This document shows, in pieces, positions 25,591 through 33,926 of a DNA stretch of 37,570 nucleotides. Both the position numbers and the translations under genes were made by a program. A model generated the notes under the pieces. It worked only from the letters and a program-made list of their open reading frames with translations. It did not search any database and was not told the origin of the DNA. Each line of letters opens with the position of its first letter. Position 1 is the stretch's first letter. Origin of the DNA: a virus; the IMG/VR virus record IMGVR_UViG_3300045391_002362; one strand, written 5' to 3'.

Positions 25591-25953
25591 ATGCCCTCAA
25601 CATTGTTACATTTTGGACGAGATGACCAAGGAATTAATGCCGATGCGCCTTATTTCCCGACCGATATTTATACGGCTACTCTTGCCGCTGATACGGCCGC
25701 CTCAGTGACTGTGCCGTCTAATTCACCCAATTGGATTATGGTTGTTCGAGTGCAGCCAGATTCCAAAGTGTGGGTATCACGCACCACAACAGCCGCAGAG
25801 CCTGCGGATGGTACGTTGACAGCCTCTCAATCTGAATTAGCAGTAGGCACATTGGAATATAGGCGTTCAGTGTTTGCGGGGGATGTTATTAGTTTTTTAA
25901 CCCCCGACACCACCTGCGAACTATCTGTAGCATTTTATATTAGCTACCCGTAG
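25591..25953 (+). CDS. Hypothetical tail-associated protein, 120 aa
   Basis: ORF lying between fibre genes. Confidence 0.4.
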   Translation: MPSTLLHFGRDDQGINADAPYFPTDIYTATLAADTAASVTVPSNSPNWIMVVRVQPDSKVWVSRTTTAAEPADGTLTASQSELAVGTLEYRRSVFAGDVISFLTPDTTCELSVAFYISYP

Positions 25954-25964
25954 GAGTTTATTAA

Positions 25965-26666
25965 ATGGCTATTGAGCAGAAATTTACCGATTTACCCGCC
26001 GCAGGCAGCGCGACCGTCAATGATATTATTTGCGCCGTACAAGGCGCTAATTTGCCGTCTAACTTGGGTTTATCAGTCCAGTTAACGTTAGGTCAGGTTC
26101 TTTCTTTAGTGCAGTCCAATGTTATTTTATTTAATGCGGGGAACCCAAATGGGTTAGTTGCAGGCACATTGTATCAACTGTGTTGGGATACGGTTAATAA
26201 TATATTGTATATTTGCACGACTGCAGGAAATGCCGCAACGGCCGTTTGGACTAAAACGATTGCATTAACGGCGGGGGCTGGGATTGCGATTAGTCAGTCA
26301 GGCGACACGATTACTATTTCCTCGAGCTCTGTTACATCGTCGTTTGTTGTTGTGTCGGGAACCTCTCAATCGATGTCAACTAACACAACGTATCAGGCAA
26401 ATAATGCGGGATTGGTCACGTTAACGCTACCTGCTACGTCTAGCGCGGGCGATAGAATCAGTATTGTGGGGTTTGGCGCTGGCGGCTGGACTATTGCGCA
26501 AAACGCAGGTCAAACGATTATAGTCGGTAATATTTCATCAACAACGGGAGTAACGGGGTCCGTTTCATCAACCAATCAATACGATTGCATTTCGCTGATT
26601 TGCTCTGTTGATGATTTAACATGGCAGTCCAATGTAGCTCCTCAGGGTTCATTATCAATCATTTAG
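25965..26666 (+). CDS. Tail fibre-like protein
   Basis: 233 aa and rich in A/S/T/G. AGGAG RBS. Confidence 0.5.
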   Translation: MAIEQKFTDLPAAGSATVNDIICAVQGANLPSNLGLSVQLTLGQVLSLVQSNVILFNAGNPNGLVAGTLYQLCWDTVNNILYICTTAGNAATAVWTKTIALTAGAGIAISQSGDTITISSSSVTSSFVVVSGTSQSMSTNTTYQANNAGLVTLTLPATSSAGDRISIVGFGAGGWTIAQNAGQTIIVGNISSTTGVTGSVSSTNQYDCISLICSVDDLTWQSNVAPQGSLSII

Positions 26667-26674
26667 GTTAAATT

Positions 26675-28384
26675 ATGACTATACAAAATGGCATTAATGC
26701 CAATACAGTGACCCCCCTACCGATTGCGGGTGGTGGGACAGGTGTTAACGCGCTACCTACAACCGCAGCAGCATCACGATTTGCAGCATGGGATGCTAAC
26801 GTTAATATTAGTGCAAATAACGTGTTATTAGGTTATGCCACAACAGTGACCGCGGCAGGCACCACAACGCTCACCGTGTCATCGGCTTGTCAGCAGTTTT
26901 TTACGGGGACATCAGCTCAAACCGTGGTTATGCCTGTGACCTCTACGCTAGTTTTGGGGCAATATTACCGTATTATTAATAACTCAACAGCCGCTATTGC
27001 GGTTAATTCGTCAGGCGGTAACTTAATTGTATCGATGTCGCCCAATACAGAGGCAATTGTGACGTGTATTTTGACAAGCGGAACTACGGCTGCATCATGG
27101 GCAATTAGTTACATACAATCGGGTTATTTTAACTACATTAATCCCGTTAATTATGCGTCTGCTGCCGCAAATTTAAATGCAACATACAATAACGGGGCAT
27201 CAGGTATTGGCGCAACATTGACTAATGCCGGTGCTTTGGCAGCGTTTGCAGTAGATGGCGCATCACCTACCTTGGGTCAACGGATATTGGTTCAAGCGCA
27301 ATCAACGCCCGCGCAAAACGGTATTTACAGTTTAACCGTTGTTGGGGATGGGGCAACGCCTTGGGTATTAACGCGCACAACTGACTTTGATACGCCACAA
27401 GAGATTCAGCCTGGCGATTTTGTGACAGTGCAAGCAGGCACGCAGTACGCCAATAGCTCGTGGCTACAAACGGCCACCGTTACAACGGTTGGCACTGATA
27501 GTATTATATTCTCGCTTTTTGGGGTATCTATCAACAATGTTGTGACATTAGACGGCAATCAAACGATTACAGGCCAAAAAACGTTTAATGCCACCACGGC
27601 GGTGACGGGTACATTCAATGTTACAGGTCAGCTAAATGCTGATAATTTGCGATTAGATGGTAATACATTTAGCTCAACAGACACGAACGGTAATATAATT
27701 ATTAACCCAAACGGCACGGGCATCGTGCAATTGAATTCCGCCAATACTAGTGCGCCTTTGCAAATTAATTCGGGCACAACCCTGCAACATGTCACAAATT
27801 TAATTATCCCTAACACGGCAGCAACGCGTAATACCACGCTTCAAGATGCAGATGGGACTGTGGCGTATCTCGAGAATATTGGCTATAGGTTTATTTTGAC
27901 TCAAAGTGCGGGAAATGTTGCTAGTTCGGTATTCAATAATTTAACGGGTTACAGTAATTATTATTTTATTTTAACTTCTATTTTACCTGTAACAAACGGC
28001 GCTCAATTGCTAATGCAGTATTCCACCGATAACGGGTCTACGTGGCGCTCAACATCGGGCGATTACGTACAGCAGGCAATCAGTGCCACGAGTACCACAT
28101 TAGCTACGACAATAACAGCTACAGCAACAGCAGCAGCATTAAATATAAATCAATCTAATGCCGTAGCCCCGTTTTACGGCAACGCTCTACTAATTGGTGC
28201 CAATCTAGCGTTATTAAAATCCGTGCAGATGCGAGGATTTAACTATTCGTCTGCAGCAGTTCCAATATCATATCAATCGGAATGTTATTTTACGTTGGCT
28301 GCTGTTGTTAATGCGGTTAGGTTTATTTACAGTGCCGGTAATATCAATATAGGGGCATTCACTATGTACGGGATGTTATCATGA
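26675..28384 (+). CDS. Tail fibre protein
   Basis: 569 aa. It has the N-terminal PLPIAGGGTGVNA motif common in fibre N-termini and is followed by a chaperone-like gene. Confidence 0.6.
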   Translation: MTIQNGINANTVTPLPIAGGGTGVNALPTTAAASRFAAWDANVNISANNVLLGYATTVTAAGTTTLTVSSACQQFFTGTSAQTVVMPVTSTLVLGQYYRIINNSTAAIAVNSSGGNLIVSMSPNTEAIVTCILTSGTTAASWAISYIQSGYFNYINPVNYASAAANLNATYNNGASGIGATLTNAGALAAFAVDGASPTLGQRILVQAQSTPAQNGIYSLTVVGDGATPWVLTRTTDFDTPQEIQPGDFVTVQAGTQYANSSWLQTATVTTVGTDSIIFSLFGVSINNVVTLDGNQTITGQKTFNATTAVTGTFNVTGQLNADNLRLDGNTFSSTDTNGNIIINPNGTGIVQLNSANTSAPLQINSGTTLQHVTNLIIPNTAATRNTTLQDADGTVAYLENIGYRFILTQSAGNVASSVFNNLTGYSNYYFILTSILPVTNGAQLLMQYSTDNGSTWRSTSGDYVQQAISATSTTLATTITATATAAALNINQSNAVAPFYGNALLIGANLALLKSVQMRGFNYSSAAVPISYQSECYFTLAAVVNAVRFIYSAGNINIGAFTMYGMLS

Positions 28385-28740
28385 TGAAAAAACTAATAAA
28401 TGGCGTTGAAATTGAAATGACGCCTGATGAAATTGAAGAAATGGAGCGATTTTGGGCAACCCCTTTATCTATTGAGTTATATCAATCAGCATTGAATGAA
28501 TTTATTAATAATAAAGCGAGCGAGCGTCAATACGATAATGCAATGGCTATTTCATCGTATGTAAACAGCACTAATGCTCAATGGGCGTCTGAGGCTAATG
28601 CATTTATAGCGTGGCGAGATGCGGTTTATTTGTTAGCAATAGACACGTTAAATAAAGTGCAATCAGGTGAAATGCCACAACCGACTATTGACGATTTTCT
28701 GTCGCAATTACCTGAAATTGAGTGGCCAGATGTCGGATAA
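28381..28740 (+). CDS. Tail fibre assembly chaperone-like protein (DUF4376-like)
   Basis: ANAFIAWRDAVYLLAIDTLNKVQSGEMPQPTIDDFLSQLPEIEWP fits the DUF4376 pattern as recalled. It has an ATGA overlap with the fibre gene. Confidence 0.5.
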   Translation: MMKKLINGVEIEMTPDEIEEMERFWATPLSIELYQSALNEFINNKASERQYDNAMAISSYVNSTNAQWASEANAFIAWRDAVYLLAIDTLNKVQSGEMPQPTIDDFLSQLPEIEWPDVG

Positions 28741-29242
28741 TTTTGATTGTGCCGTTGAATTCCTCCTCAATAATGAGGGGGGATTTTCATATGACCCTGA
28801 TGATTCGGGGGGTAAAACAAATTTTGGAATTACTGAGCGCGAGCTGATTAAATACGGCCCCATTATTGGGATTAACTGCGCTATAGAGGACCTCAAACGA
28901 GGCGATGCAATAACGCTGTATAAAAAATTTTGGTGGGAAAAATACAATTATGACAAAATTAACTCGCGTGCTATATCGACTAAATCGCTTGATTTGTCGG
29001 TTAATATTGGGGAAATAACGTATAACAATCTATTGCAACGTGCAATTAATGACATGGGTTATAATTTGGTTGTTGATGGAATTATCGGTAAAAAAACACT
29101 GAAGGTTATTAATGAGATTGATGACATGTCACTATTAACTAAAATTAAAGGGCGTGCTATTAATCATTACAAAAGGCTCGTTGTTATTAATCCTAAACTT
29201 AATAAATTTTTGAATGGGTGGTTGATTCGTGCTGAAAAATGA
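28730..29242 (+). CDS. Endolysin, GH108 lysozyme plus PG_binding_3 domain
   Basis: NNEGGFSYDPDDSGGKTNFGIT is the GH108 signature and the C-terminal FLNGWLIR is typical of PG_binding_3. I prefer the internal ATG 28730 (MSDNFDCAVEF...) over track start 28667, which would overlap the upstream gene by 74 nt. Confidence 0.85.
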   Translation: MSDNFDCAVEFLLNNEGGFSYDPDDSGGKTNFGITERELIKYGPIIGINCAIEDLKRGDAITLYKKFWWEKYNYDKINSRAISTKSLDLSVNIGEITYNNLLQRAINDMGYNLVVDGIIGKKTLKVINEIDDMSLLTKIKGRAINHYKRLVVINPKLNKFLNGWLIRAEK

Positions 29243-29609
29243 AGATAAAACGCAAATAGCAATCCTTGAATGGCTTGAGATGCGCTACCCGCATGTTAGA
29301 GAGTTTGTCATTAAAATAGATAACGAGGGTAAGCGAAGTATTCTAGGGCATGTGATAGCAAAAAGAGCCGGTCTTAAAAAAGGCGCCAGCGATTTATTTA
29401 TTGCCTACCCTATGGGTAATTGTCACGGATTATTTTTAGAAATAAAGGCTGATAATTGGCGCTGTAAGGGCGAGGCGGAGCGAAATCATGTTAATGGTCA
29501 ACTTGAATTTATCGAGAAGATGCGGCAACGGGGGTACGCTGCCGAGTTTATTATTGGGGTTGATGAAGGGATTAGGGTTCTAGCAAGTTATTTGGGCAAT
29601 CGATTTTAG
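29229..29609 (+). CDS. VRR-NUC domain nuclease
   Basis: GLKKGASDLFIAYP...GLFLEIKADN...GQLEFIEKMRQRGYAAEFI gives the D...ExK motif and the family layout. It has a GTG start. Confidence 0.8.
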   Translation: MLKNEDKTQIAILEWLEMRYPHVREFVIKIDNEGKRSILGHVIAKRAGLKKGASDLFIAYPMGNCHGLFLEIKADNWRCKGEAERNHVNGQLEFIEKMRQRGYAAEFIIGVDEGIRVLASYLGNRF

Positions 29610-29799
29610 GCGCCCAGCTATCGATGCATTTGATTAGAAAATCTCTTAATTCAGTGGCCTTATTCCAAGGTAGTTCAGTCTCTTCATAACTTAATCGGTC
29701 GGGATTTATTTCTACGTAACCCAACTCTTTATGATGAAAAATAAGCTTGCATTTTACTTCCCTGTAGTCAAAAAACCCTATGAGCTGTATTTTATCCAT
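29572..29799 (-). CDS. Hypothetical protein, 75 aa (last gene of the early-left operon)
   Basis: 8-nt ATGGATAA overlap with the upstream gene. Its 3' end overlaps the VRR-NUC gene convergently by 38 nt. Confidence 0.45.
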   Translation of the reverse strand: MDKIQLIGFFDYREVKCKLIFHHKELGYVEINPDRLSYEETELPWNKATELRDFLIKCIDSWAPKIDCPNNLLEP

Positions 29800-30580
29800 T
29801 AATCAATTCTTCTAGCGCCTCTTTTGCATTAACTGCAGGCAATTTGATATCAAAATAGTCTTCTCGTGAACTCATGCCGTCTTTAATTGAGCGATAAATG
29901 GCCTTTAGATTAACTATTTCGGCAGCAATTGTTGCATCCAAGTTGTGGCCTAGGCGTTTTTCTAAATGCTCGACCTTAACGCCTACTTCATCAAATGCGA
30001 GTACCATTTTCTTAATCTGCTCGCTCATCGGTATGTCATTTGTAGTGAGCGTTTTATTGCATTGATTAACGGCGTCCTCTGTGATGTCGGAGGGGATTAT
30101 GCGTAAAATACACCCTCTTAAATGGCGTGAACCGATGTTTGAAATGAGTTCTCTAATGTCTCGTTCGTCAGTGAGTCGCGTCATACCGCGTTTGGTGTGT
30201 CTAATGTGTTTGACATTAAAATGCACGTCCACAATGTAGTTATTTTCTAAATCGCAGGCGTAGGCTTTGGCCTCGGTTGATTCGTCATTTTGCGACAATA
30301 TTTCAATGCCTATTTTGCAATTAGTCCAGTGTTGCGCTAAAACCTCTGCCAATCGAATGCTGGGGCCTGTGACAAGTGCGCCTCCTCGCGGGAACGCGTA
30401 CATTGATTTCTCAGCGAGCGACAGCCTCTTGCACGCATCAATTATTTTGCTGTAACATTCTTTGGTGTTTCGTGGAAATCGCTTCGCTATTATATATGCT
30501 GCTTGAACCTCAGCTACCGCCCTTGCATCGCCAGATAATGGGGCTATTGGCTTTTCTTCGTCTACTTTTAATTCATTCAT
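29792..30580 (-). CDS. Conserved early protein, possibly a single-strand annealing or recombination protein (uncertain)
   Basis: 262 aa. The motif YAFPRGGALVTGPSIRLAEVLAQHWTN looks familiar from phage recombination modules, but I cannot assign a family by eye. Confidence 0.3.
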   Translation of the reverse strand: MNELKVDEEKPIAPLSGDARAVAEVQAAYIIAKRFPRNTKECYSKIIDACKRLSLAEKSMYAFPRGGALVTGPSIRLAEVLAQHWTNCKIGIEILSQNDESTEAKAYACDLENNYIVDVHFNVKHIRHTKRGMTRLTDERDIRELISNIGSRHLRGCILRIIPSDITEDAVNQCNKTLTTNDIPMSEQIKKMVLAFDEVGVKVEHLEKRLGHNLDATIAAEIVNLKAIYRSIKDGMSSREDYFDIKLPAVNAKEALEELING

Positions 30581-30828
30581 TGCATGGTGTCCTTGTAAAA
30601 ATCATTTCTTATCTTATCAAGTATTTTAATTAAATCTTTTGGCTTCTTTTTTGTCAATCCACAAAGCGCCGTTAATGTCGTAGCAAATAAATCGTTTGCC
30701 TGTTCGCTTGATGTTGCTTCTTGTGCTATCTTGTGAAATGCCATCAAACACGCACAAACTATTTCTAAAGGGTCTTTAATCATTACTCGCCTCGTTTTTT
30801 TTACGTTGTAAATCTCTTTTTTAATCAC
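30577..30828 (-). CDS. Hypothetical protein, 83 aa
   Basis: ORF track entry with ATGA overlap downstream. Confidence 0.45.
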   Translation of the reverse strand: MIKKEIYNVKKTRRVMIKDPLEIVCACLMAFHKIAQEATSSEQANDLFATTLTALCGLTKKKPKDLIKILDKIRNDFYKDTMQ

Positions 30829-30830
30829 AT

Positions 30831-31277
30831 TTACTCAAATGTTTTATAAAAAAGGCCGTTTCCATCAAGTTGTTCGTTTCGGTGTTTTTGAATCGCTCTA
30901 GTTATTTTTCGAAGCAGCCAATCTCTTCGTTCTTCCCTTTTAGCTTTATTGTGAGAACCTAGGGCCTCGTGCAGCTCAAACGCCTCACCAATGCGCAGCT
31001 CCATGTCGTAGCCGTTTTCCCATCCATGCACGTGAAGCTTGTCAATCGCGTATTTGAATCGTGCTTCGCGATTAATTAAATGCCTGATGATGTCAATGCA
31101 GAAAGCCACGCTTTTTTGTAAATGATTGTCACGGCTTGCAACATCCAGCGTTTCACTGAGTATTTTTAAAAGAGTCGTCATTTCATCTTCCGTGACGCGT
31201 AGATTGTTTCGTTCTACTATAAAATCGTTGTTTTCGAAAAAAAGCGCGCGTTTTACAAAATCGTCGTAATCATTCAT
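30831..31277 (-). CDS. Hypothetical protein, 148 aa
   Basis: Start at the internal ATG 31277 (MNDYDDF...), which overlaps the upstream stop by 8 nt within the conserved junction cassette. Confidence 0.5.
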   Translation of the reverse strand: MNDYDDFVKRALFFENNDFIVERNNLRVTEDEMTTLLKILSETLDVASRDNHLQKSVAFCIDIIRHLINREARFKYAIDKLHVHGWENGYDMELRIGEAFELHEALGSHNKAKREERRDWLLRKITRAIQKHRNEQLDGNGLFYKTFE

Positions 31278-31560
31278 CGGGTAATTCCTCTCTATATCCA
31301 TTAGTAACATTTATGGGAAAGGCACTTAGTGTTTTTATTTGTTCTAGCCTAATAATATTTTCCATTACAAACCACGTTGATTCATAAATTTCTCGCTGTA
31401 ATTTTTTCCTCATCCAGTAAATTTCTTCTTTATTTTTTAAGATACTAGGGGATTTAAATTTAGAGTATTTTTCTTGATTCATTATAGAATTAACTTTGTC
31501 TTTATAAATATTTTTAAATTCCTCTAATAAATGGTCTCTTCGCGCTTCAAAATTACTCAT
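31270..31560 (-). CDS. Hypothetical protein, 96 aa, ending ELPDE
   Basis: Start at the internal ATG 31560 (MSNFEARR...), which overlaps the Rha stop by 8 nt. Confidence 0.5.
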   Translation of the reverse strand: MSNFEARRDHLLEEFKNIYKDKVNSIMNQEKYSKFKSPSILKNKEEIYWMRKKLQREIYESTWFVMENIIRLEQIKTLSAFPINVTNGYREELPDE

Positions 31561-32275
31561 CGGGTAATTCCTGTAGGTTTTTGTTAAGTAAAGCGGGTAA
31601 GGGCGAGCGGGGAAGGACTTTTGCGAGCATCCCAATGCGGTCTTTAGCAAGAATGTAGCAATCTTTGTAGTTAAGGCCCTTTTCCATGCCTTCCTCGAGG
31701 GCTACGGCAATTGCTTCGTCTGCTATCTTGATTAAATTAAGCTGCTTCATGTCCATTACTTCGCGGGCGTTGGGGTAGCGTTGCTCCATAATAAATAAAC
31801 CCGCTAATTCCATGTTTGAAATGGTTATATAATATTTATTGGCTGATTTACTGCCTTGAGATTCTGCGTACTCCACAAATTTCTTAATAACGTCCGTGCA
31901 TTCTTTTCTAGCTATTTTTCCTTTTGATCTATTTTCAAGATATTCTACATTTTGTTTTTGAACAATCATCGATGAGTTAAATTCTCGATGATGCATAAAT
32001 TGATTAACTAATTTTTCTTTGAAATTTAAAACTATTTCTGAATTTTTCATTAGTGTAATGATAAAAATAGCTTGGCTTTCTGTTAATAAAAAAGATTCAA
32101 TCATTCTTCCTTTGGTTGATATTTTTTCTATTGGCAGCAGGCATCTTTGGAATATTTGTCTATCTCTGTATTTCTTTATTAGATTTATTATTGCTCTATG
32201 CTCAACTTTCATCCATTCGCTCATTATTAGAGAGGATGTAAATGCTTTATTATTTTTAATCACAAGTAAATTCAT
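31553..32275 (-). CDS. Rha-family phage regulatory protein with KilAC/ORF6C-like C-terminal region
   Basis: VIKNNKAFTSSLIMSEWMKVEHRAIINLIKKY fits the Phage_pRha N-terminal pattern. I prefer start 32275 (MNLLV...) because ATG 32317 lies inside the spacer of the putative promoter. Confidence 0.65.
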   Translation of the reverse strand: MNLLVIKNNKAFTSSLIMSEWMKVEHRAIINLIKKYRDRQIFQRCLLPIEKISTKGRMIESFLLTESQAIFIITLMKNSEIVLNFKEKLVNQFMHHREFNSSMIVQKQNVEYLENRSKGKIARKECTDVIKKFVEYAESQGSKSANKYYITISNMELAGLFIMEQRYPNAREVMDMKQLNLIKIADEAIAVALEEGMEKGLNYKDCYILAKDRIGMLAKVLPRSPLPALLNKNLQELPDE

Positions 32276-32301
32276 GGTTTTCTTATGTAAGCAAAAAGTT
32301 A

Positions 32302-32330
32302 ATCTTATTGCCTTCATGTGTAGTTGTCAA
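32302..32330 (-). promoter_or_regulatory. Sigma70-type promoter TTGACA-17-TAAGAT for the Rha gene
   Basis: The reverse complement was read by hand and the spacer counted as 17 nt. Confidence 0.45.
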
Positions 32331-32365
32331 TCAAGAAATTCGTATTTTTGACTATTGTTTTTTAT

Positions 32366-32396
32366 AATCTTTTTGCATTTCAACTGCAAAAAGATT
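32366..32396. other. Perfect 12-bp stem hairpin (AATCTTTTTGCA-7 nt-TGCAAAAAGATT)
   Basis: Read directly. A T-rich tract follows only in the plus orientation (tattgtttttat). Confidence 0.6.
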
Positions 32397-32404
32397 TATT
32401 GTTT

Positions 32405-32731
32405 TTATAATACATTTTTTATTTTTTCCCCCATTTTATCATCATGTCTATTTGCTGTTTGATAAGAGCCGCTCTCTATGTTGTTTAAAAATAAATCAAT
32501 TAAAAATAGAACTAATTTATCTACAGAAGCAAGCATTTGCATGTTTATATCAAACATGTGCAACGGGACGTATTGATTGCAGTATTGATATGTTTGTAGT
32601 TGATATTCCCTTATATTGCTTACTAATTCCGAAATTTTTTTAACTGTATCGATTTTATTTCCTATCATAAAATCCAGTAATTCCCTTGTGCTGTTCTCTT
32701 GTTCTTCTTTACTTAGTTTTTTATTTGTCAT
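32405..32731 (-). CDS. Hypothetical protein, 108 aa
   Basis: ORF track entry. Confidence 0.5.
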   Translation of the reverse strand: MTNKKLSKEEQENSTRELLDFMIGNKIDTVKKISELVSNIREYQLQTYQYCNQYVPLHMFDINMQMLASVDKLVLFLIDLFLNNIESGSYQTANRHDDKMGEKIKNVL

Positions 32732-32973
32732 AGCGCCCTCTCTTCATTTAATTCTAATTCCCACTTATCAACGTACTTTTGAAACGTGCCATTTCTCAGT
32801 GAGGGGTGCATTCCCCACGCATATTCAGTGCATTGCGAGAGAACATAGCGTTCAAATTTTTCAATAATGTAATCTGGGGGTAAATCCATCACTCTGCCAA
32901 ATGCTTCGCGGTCTTCACCGAATAAAATAGATAAAAACGCTACGATATTCGCCACTTTTTCGTGCTTTGTCAT
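32728..32973 (-). CDS. Hypothetical protein, 81 aa
   Basis: ORF track entry with ATGA overlap. Confidence 0.5.
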   Translation of the reverse strand: MTKHEKVANIVAFLSILFGEDREAFGRVMDLPPDYIIEKFERYVLSQCTEYAWGMHPSLRNGTFQKYVDKWELELNEERAL

Positions 32974-33029
32974 AGTATTCTCTTGTATTTACGCCATCGA
33001 CACATCGCTATTTTATGTCGATAAAACGG

Positions 33030-33431
33030 TTATTTTTGAACATGTGTTCCATTTTGGAACGTATGCTCTAATAATTCTCGCATCTGATTAATCCGCGCTT
33101 TAATGATGCCCCACGGTGATTCGGGGTCAATTTCGCTTCTATCAGTACCGTCTAGCATATCTTGTACGCGCACGGCCATAATATCGTAGCAATCTTGCTT
33201 ACCTTTAACGTAACAATCGCAATAACACGCAAAGGGGCTGTCTTCGTTGTTTATTTCATCGCAGGCGGCGTTTTGTGTGCATTTTGATTTTGCATTTATC
33301 ATACCAATTGCTAACCCTATTTTTCCCTGTATAGATTGGAACGCTTTAGAGATATTATTATCGTCAGTGGCGAGTTTTGCGCCTAATGTAATAAAATAGG
33401 CTTCAGTTATTTCTTTTAATATATCCTTCAT
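33030..33431 (-). CDS. Hypothetical protein, 133 aa (paralogous N-terminus with 33428..33586)
   Basis: ORF track entry. ITEAYFITLGAKLATDDNN compares with LEKLYYLAVGAHLATNDEG in the neighbouring ORF. Confidence 0.5.
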   Translation of the reverse strand: MKDILKEITEAYFITLGAKLATDDNNISKAFQSIQGKIGLAIGMINAKSKCTQNAACDEINNEDSPFACYCDCYVKGKQDCYDIMAVRVQDMLDGTDRSEIDPESPWGIIKARINQMRELLEHTFQNGTHVQK

Positions 33432-33586
33432 ACGATGGTCTCTTTGTGTCTTTTTTTGGCTATCAATTGTTCTAGGCGTATTGATATTTTACGTAACACT
33501 TCGGAGGCACCTTCATCGTTTGTTGCGAGATGAGCACCCACTGCGAGGTAATACAGTTTCTCTAGTTCGTTAAGTAATTCATTCAT
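33428..33586 (-). CDS. Hypothetical protein, 52 aa
   Basis: The internal ATG 33586 (MNELLNELEKLYYL...) gives an ATGA overlap with the upstream stop. Confidence 0.4.
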   Translation of the reverse strand: MNELLNELEKLYYLAVGAHLATNDEGASEVLRKISIRLEQLIAKKRHKETIV

Positions 33587-33801
33587 GATTTTATTTCCAA
33601 ATAACAATGTTTGCAGTATCTTGGAGCCAGACCACTCGGTATGCAACTGCCATTTATTTTGCATTCTGGTATGGATTCGTGATTGCATTGGGTGTAAACG
33701 ATGTCACCGTCCGGTTTAATTACCTCTATTTTTGGGGTATTTTCTCGATTAAATAATTTCATTATTTTTTTTATGGGGATGTATTCGGTTATTTTTTTCA
33801 T
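33583..33801 (-). CDS. Hypothetical Cys-rich protein, 72 aa
   Basis: The internal ATG 33801 (MKKITEY...) gives an ATGA overlap with the upstream 42-aa ORF. Confidence 0.4.
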   Translation of the reverse strand: MKKITEYIPIKKIMKLFNRENTPKIEVIKPDGDIVYTQCNHESIPECKINGSCIPSGLAPRYCKHCYLEIKS

Positions 33802-33926
33802 AATAATTCGCTCACGAATCCGCATTTAATGCATTTCATTTTTGGTGGATTAGATAGTAAACGCTCACTAAAATCATGTGCCATGCATTCGTTAGTGGAT
33901 TTATACGTGGGTTTTGATTCATTCAT
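33798..33926 (-). CDS. Hypothetical small Cys-containing protein, 42 aa
   Basis: Hand translated: MNESKPTYKSTNECMAHDFSERLLSNPPKMKCIKCGFVSELL. It is coupled at both ends. Confidence 0.35.
   Translation of the reverse strand: MNESKPTYKSTNECMAHDFSERLLSNPPKMKCIKCGFVSELL

Noticed and set aside
23897-28384. Diversity-generating retroelement targeting the fibre genes
   Set aside because: There is no reverse transcriptase anywhere in the genome, and I could not see a template/variable repeat pair.
29792-30580. Confident RecT/Red-beta/Erf annotation for the 262-aa early protein
   Set aside because: I could not match the signature motifs of RecT, Bet or Erf from memory. Only a vague familiarity supports it, so it stays a low-confidence suggestion that needs HHpred.
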